A DNA stretch of 62,266 bases. Origin: an uncultured Alphaproteobacteria bacterium (GTDB taxonomy: Bacteria > Pseudomonadota > Alphaproteobacteria > Micavibrionales > UBA9664). Numbering within the stretch: the first letter of the stretch is position 1; every line of letters begins with the position of its first letter. The notes beneath the pieces are model-generated. The model saw nothing but the letters and a program-made list of their open reading frames with translations. It did no database searches and was not told the origin of the DNA. The translations under genes were made by a program, and so were the position numbers. Positions 58,007-62,266 of the stretch are shown here, piece after piece. The stretch is taken from positions 1-62,266 of the forward strand of contig CAXGMH010000003.1 of the NCBI GenBank assembly GCA_964010795.1, read 5' to 3'.

Positions 58007-59446
58007 ATGGCCATGCGCCTAATGATCGTCGGACAGCTTGAAAGCAAAATTTCCGAAGCGGGTAAGATCGCGCTTAAGCGCGGCGCAAAACTCCTTCACT
58101 GTGAGGATATTGAGTCCGCCTTAGGCGCTTTGCGTTCGGGCAAAGGTGCTGATGCCGTTATGGTGGATGTAAAACAGGATATTCGAAAGTTTGTCTCGGC
58201 GCTTGATGCAGAACGTATTTATTTGCCGGTTATCGCTTGCGGTATTCAATCCGATGCAAGGGCAGCGGTTGAAGCGATTAAGGCCGGTGCCAAAGAATAT
58301 ATACCGCTTCCCCCAGACGAAGAGATGATCGCGGCTGTTTTTGAGGCGATTACCGAAGAAGAAACAGATATGATTGCTGGTGACGAGGCGATGCAAAAGG
58401 TCGTCAAGCTTGCTGACCAGATCGCGCCGAGCGAGGCGACAGTCCTGATTACGGGTGAGTCTGGTACGGGTAAAGAGGTGATGTCACGTTATATTCACCG
58501 CAAGTCCAAACGCAAAGACGGCCCTTTTATTGCGCTGAACTGTGCGGCTATTCCTGAGAATCTTCTCGAATCCGAGCTTTTCGGACATGAAAAGGGAGCG
58601 TTCACAGGGGCGGTGTCACGACGTCTGGGTAAATTCGAAGAGGCAAATGGCGGAACCCTTCTGCTGGATGAGGTCTCTGAGATGCATCCAACGCTTCAGG
58701 CTAAGTTATTGCGCGCTATTCAAGAGCGGGTGATTGACCGTGTCGGCGGTAAAGAACCTGTGAAAGTAGATGTGCGTATCCTTGCCACGTCGAACCGTAA
58801 TCTTGAAAGCAGCGTGAAAAAAGGTGAGTTTCGTGAAGACCTTTATTTCCGCCTTAATGTTGTGAATGTTAAATTGCCCGCACTGAGAGAGCGGCCCTCT
58901 GATATCCCGGTTTTAGCGCAGTTCTTTCTTGATAAATATGCCGAGGCAAATGGCGTGGCGAAGAAAAAAATATCTGCCGAGGCTGCCGAGAAAGTTCGGG
59001 GGCATCGTTGGAAAGGTAATATCCGAGAGCTTGAGAATGCAATGCACCGTGCCATCCTGATTTCAATAGAAGACGAAGTCGAGGCCGATGCGATCCATAT
59101 CAATATGGAGATGGATGATGTCGCAACCGGTACGGGTGCTGCCGATCAGACGCCATCACTTGCGCCGCAGGACGAAGGGGTTGAGACACCGGTGAAACCT
59201 GTGGGTTCATCGGATGATGCGGTATCTTCGCAGCGGCAAAAAGGCGATGAGGCGGCGGATACGTCATCGTTTGTCGGTCGCTCTGTCGCTGATGTCGAGC
59301 GTGATCTGATTTTGAATACCTTGGATCACTGTCTTGGTAATCGAACCCATGCCGCAAAAATTCTGGGTATTTCTATACGGACATTACGTAATAAGCTTAA
59401 TCAGTATCAGGATGAAGGCGTTTCAGTGCCTGCGGCCAAGGGATAA
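58007..59446 (+). CDS. flbD: sigma54 enhancer-binding flagellar regulator
   Basis: Receiver-like N-terminus, GESGTGKE, GAFTGA, HTH GNRTHAA..LGISIRTLRNKL. Confidence 0.9.
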   Translation: MAMRLMIVGQLESKISEAGKIALKRGAKLLHCEDIESALGALRSGKGADAVMVDVKQDIRKFVSALDAERIYLPVIACGIQSDARAAVEAIKAGAKEYIPLPPDEEMIAAVFEAITEEETDMIAGDEAMQKVVKLADQIAPSEATVLITGESGTGKEVMSRYIHRKSKRKDGPFIALNCAAIPENLLESELFGHEKGAFTGAVSRRLGKFEEANGGTLLLDEVSEMHPTLQAKLLRAIQERVIDRVGGKEPVKVDVRILATSNRNLESSVKKGEFREDLYFRLNVVNVKLPALRERPSDIPVLAQFFLDKYAEANGVAKKKISAEAAEKVRGHRWKGNIRELENAMHRAILISIEDEVEADAIHINMEMDDVATGTGAADQTPSLAPQDEGVETPVKPVGSSDDAVSSQRQKGDEAADTSSFVGRSVADVERDLILNTLDHCLGNRTHAAKILGISIRTLRNKLNQYQDEGVSVPAAKG

Positions 59447-59479
59447 GACGTAATCGTTTTCTTTCCTTTTCCCTTGCCC

Positions 59480-59815
59480 TTAAAAAGGTGTGTTTTCGGG
59501 AAAGTATCTTGCTTTATCTTCTTCTGACATAATGCGTACATTTGCAGCATGATGATTGCCAAATGTTCTTTCACTTGTTTTATCAATGTTAAAAAACACG
59601 GCTGTGCCGTCTTGCAGGTTTTGGAAATCAATGCCTTTAAAAGAAGCGGCGCTTGCGAAGTGGTCTCGGTATTTCCAATTCCCTTCCGCATCTTTGCCTA
59701 CTCTTACGCTTAAGACAGCATAGCCTTTTTCTTTGTTCTGGAATTTAACGTGGGCTGCAACATTGAATTCTCTTTTTGCATTGATTCTGTAATCTTCAAG
59801 GATAGCTACGCTCAT
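59480..59815 (-). CDS. Divergent cold-shock-domain protein
   Basis: VKFQNKEKGYA...DHF...LQDG..V.F...AANV resembles a CSD. Confidence 0.55.
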   Translation of the reverse strand: MSVAILEDYRINAKREFNVAAHVKFQNKEKGYAVLSVRVGKDAEGNWKYRDHFASAASFKGIDFQNLQDGTAVFFNIDKTSERTFGNHHAANVRIMSEEDKARYFPENTPF

Positions 59816-59969
59816 ACTTGCCTCTTTTTTATGTATAATATATGTATCTTTTTAGGTTAAAATATCTGTTCTGTCAAGTTTATTCTAAAATTTTTTTCTT
59901 ACTCGGCTTTCAATTGTCTCTCTGGGGCTTTTGCGCTATGATGGACATTACAACAGTACAAAGAGTTTC

Positions 59970-62075
59970 ATGGCCGAAAACGCATCAGCAACAGGACCGA
60001 ATTTTTCAATGAAGGGCTTGCAGGATTCTATCCTGAGCGGGCGCTTTTATCTTGCGCTTGGTATTGTCGCAATTATTGTTTCATTTATCTTTCCGATGCC
60101 GGCTATGTTGCTGGATATATTGCTGGTTTTTTCAATCAGCTTTGCTGTTCTGGTTTTGATGATGGCGCTTTTTATTGAGCGCTCTCTTGATTTTTCTACG
60201 TTCCCGACGGTGCTTTTGATCGCGACGATGCTGAGACTGGCGTTGAATCTGGCATCTACACGCTTGATTCTGGCCAATGGGCATACGGGACAAGACGCCG
60301 CCGGAGACGTGATCGAGGCTTTTGGTAATTTTATCATTCAGGATAGCTATATCATCGGGGCTATTGTCTTTTCTATTCTTGTGATCGTCAACTTTGTTGT
60401 GATTACAAAGGGATCTGGGCGTATTGCCGAAGTTGCTGCGCGTTTCTCTCTTGATGCAATGCCCGGAAAACAAATGGCCATTGATAGTGACCTTTCCTCG
60501 GGCCTTATTACCGAGGCCGAAGCTAAGCAAAAGCGGCAGGATCTGGAGCAAGAAAGTAACTTTTTCGGGTCTATGGACGGTGCGGCAAAGTTTGTGCGCG
60601 GTGATGCGATCGCAGGGCTTTTGATTACGTTCATCAATATTATTGGCGGTATTATCTATGGAACGATTTCGCAAGGTTTGAACCTCTCCGAGGCTGCGGA
60701 AACATATACTATCCTTACTATTGGTGACGGTCTGGTCAGTCAAATTCCGGCGCTTGTGATTTCAATTGCTGCGGGTATTCTTGTCTCTAAGGCGGGGATT
60801 GCGCAAACAACGCAGGACGCTCTGTTTGGACAGTTTAAGAAGTATCCGGGGGCGTTCGGGATGAGCTCGGGGCTTATGTTTATGCTCGGGCTTTTGCCTG
60901 GTATCCCGTTTGTGCCGTTTTTCGCGTTGGGTGCTGGCTCGGCCGCGATTGCTTATTTTACATGGAAGTCATCTGAGATAGAAAAAGAAGAGCAGGCGCA
61001 GCAAGCCTTGCTTGAGGCAACAAAAACAGAGCACGTAGAAAAACCGATTTCTCATTCCTTGACGATGGATACGATTCGTATCGAGCTTGGCTATGGCCTG
61101 TTATCGATGGTGAATGCGCAGGCGGGTGATAAAAAGCTCACGGATCAGATCAAGGGAGTAAGGCGCCAGCTGGCCGAGGATATGGGGTTTGTCCTTCCGT
61201 CTGTTCGCGTGCAGGATAATTTACAGCTCCCTGCTAACTCTTATGTTGTGCGCATCAAGGAGATTGAGTCTGGCAGGGGCGAAATCCGCCCGAATATGCT
61301 GCTTTGTATGGATCCGACAGGGGCGGAGATCGATCTCCCCGGTGAAAGCACTGTTGAGCCGACATTCGGTCTTCCAGCCATGTGGGTCGACCAGAAATAT
61401 AAGGAAGAAGCCCATTTCAAGGGCTACACAGTCGTTGATGCCTCAACGGTTGTAACGACCCATCTGACAGAGATTATCAAGGACAACATGACTGACCTTA
61501 TCTCTTATGCTGAAACGCAAAAGCTGCTTGATGAGTTGCCGGATGAAAATCAGAAGCTGGTGAGTGATGTCGTGCCAAGCCAGATTACAGTGACAGGTTT
61601 GCAGCGTATATTGCAATCACTTGTATCAGAACGTATCTCAATCAGAGACTTGCCGGCTATTCTTGAAGGGATTTCTGAGGCGACAGCTTATACCAAAAGC
61701 AGTGGCTTGATTACCGAGCACGTTCGTATGCGCTTGTCGCGCCAGATATGTAATCAGTTCGCCGATATGAACGGGGTATTGAAACTGGTCACGTTATCTC
61801 CGCAGTGGGAACAAAATTATCTTGAGAGTTTGATCGGCGAAGGTGAGGAGCGTCAACTCGCTATGGCGCCTACGATGCTGCAAGAGTTTATTGGTGCGGT
61901 GAGAGAGAGGTATGATGAGCTTATTCAGCAGGGAGAAACGCCTGTTTTGTTAAGCTCTGGTGCTATCCGCCCTTACGTGCGTTCTGTGATTGAGCGTTTT
62001 CGGCCTGATATCGTTGTGATGTCACAAAATGAAGTGCATCCGAAGGCCCGCATAAAAACGCTTGGCTCGGTCTAA
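59970..62075 (+). CDS. flhA: Flagellar export protein
   Basis: LRLALN, RIAEVAARFSLDAMPGKQMAID, MDGAAKFVRGDAIAG, IGDGLV. Confidence 0.97.
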   Translation: MAENASATGPNFSMKGLQDSILSGRFYLALGIVAIIVSFIFPMPAMLLDILLVFSISFAVLVLMMALFIERSLDFSTFPTVLLIATMLRLALNLASTRLILANGHTGQDAAGDVIEAFGNFIIQDSYIIGAIVFSILVIVNFVVITKGSGRIAEVAARFSLDAMPGKQMAIDSDLSSGLITEAEAKQKRQDLEQESNFFGSMDGAAKFVRGDAIAGLLITFINIIGGIIYGTISQGLNLSEAAETYTILTIGDGLVSQIPALVISIAAGILVSKAGIAQTTQDALFGQFKKYPGAFGMSSGLMFMLGLLPGIPFVPFFALGAGSAAIAYFTWKSSEIEKEEQAQQALLEATKTEHVEKPISHSLTMDTIRIELGYGLLSMVNAQAGDKKLTDQIKGVRRQLAEDMGFVLPSVRVQDNLQLPANSYVVRIKEIESGRGEIRPNMLLCMDPTGAEIDLPGESTVEPTFGLPAMWVDQKYKEEAHFKGYTVVDASTVVTTHLTEIIKDNMTDLISYAETQKLLDELPDENQKLVSDVVPSQITVTGLQRILQSLVSERISIRDLPAILEGISEATAYTKSSGLITEHVRMRLSRQICNQFADMNGVLKLVTLSPQWEQNYLESLIGEGEERQLAMAPTMLQEFIGAVRERYDELIQQGETPVLLSSGAIRPYVRSVIERFRPDIVVMSQNEVHPKARIKTLGSV

Positions 62076-62118
62076 ATAGCCTTGACATATTGGATGCCTT
62101 GCCTGCACATTGTGGCGC

Positions 62119-62266
62119 ATGGGTAAAGTTGTACAAAAGGCAAAGAAACACATTATTGCTGTCGGTCGTGCGACCCGAGAGCAAAGCGAGGCGATACTTG
62201 CTGCTTATGCGGATAAAGCGCATATCCTCTTTTTGGATACAACACCATTCCCCGATAATGAGGCGA
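62119..62266 (+). CDS. Partial hypothetical ORF (runs off window)
   Basis: Open frame MGKVVQKAKKHIIAVG... downstream of TTGACA at 62082. Confidence 0.4.
   Translation, partial: MGKVVQKAKKHIIAVGRATREQSEAILAAYADKAHILFLDTTPFPDNEA

Noticed and set aside
1-62266. tRNA/rRNA genes, transposases, defence systems, and the many antisense ORFs in the track
   Set aside because: None recognised by eye; the overlapping short ORFs are shadows of well-supported genes

Overview
A 62 kb chromosomal segment of an alphaproteobacterium. Gene content, the G|NVLFLIL pilin-like paralogues and the flagellar layout suggest a Micavibrio/Rhodospirillales-like lineage (inference). Most of it is housekeeping (purLQ/purCS, pyrE, NAD kinase, grxD-bolA, nhaA, icd, htpG, pdxH, fabI, sppA, split Yej-type ABC transporter, dksA) plus a large flagellar cluster (fliK to flhA). 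The main finding is a ~8 kb podovirus (T7/BPP-1-type) module between pyrE and nhaA (18.1-26.2 kb). It holds an HTH/S24 repressor divergent from genes for portal, scaffold, capsid, terminase, cell-wall hydrolase and 3TM holin, with no integrase, replication genes or att sites. A shared 16-bp palindrome marks its promoters and one unlinked gene 13 kb away, and there is a LexA-type box and a leader terminator. This looks like a domesticated, gene-transfer-agent-like element of podoviral origin. In this sequence the capsid N-terminus is fused in frame to the terminase C-terminus (deletion or mis-assembly). Other signals: a candidate flgH 3'-UTR small RNA whose CCUUUACCU repeats are complementary to the RBS regions of flgF/flgH, a TA-flanked structured MITE-like repeat with covarying stems, and pilin-like paralogues with a near-identical 5' end and variable C-termini. 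All assignments come from motif recognition; no database searches were run.
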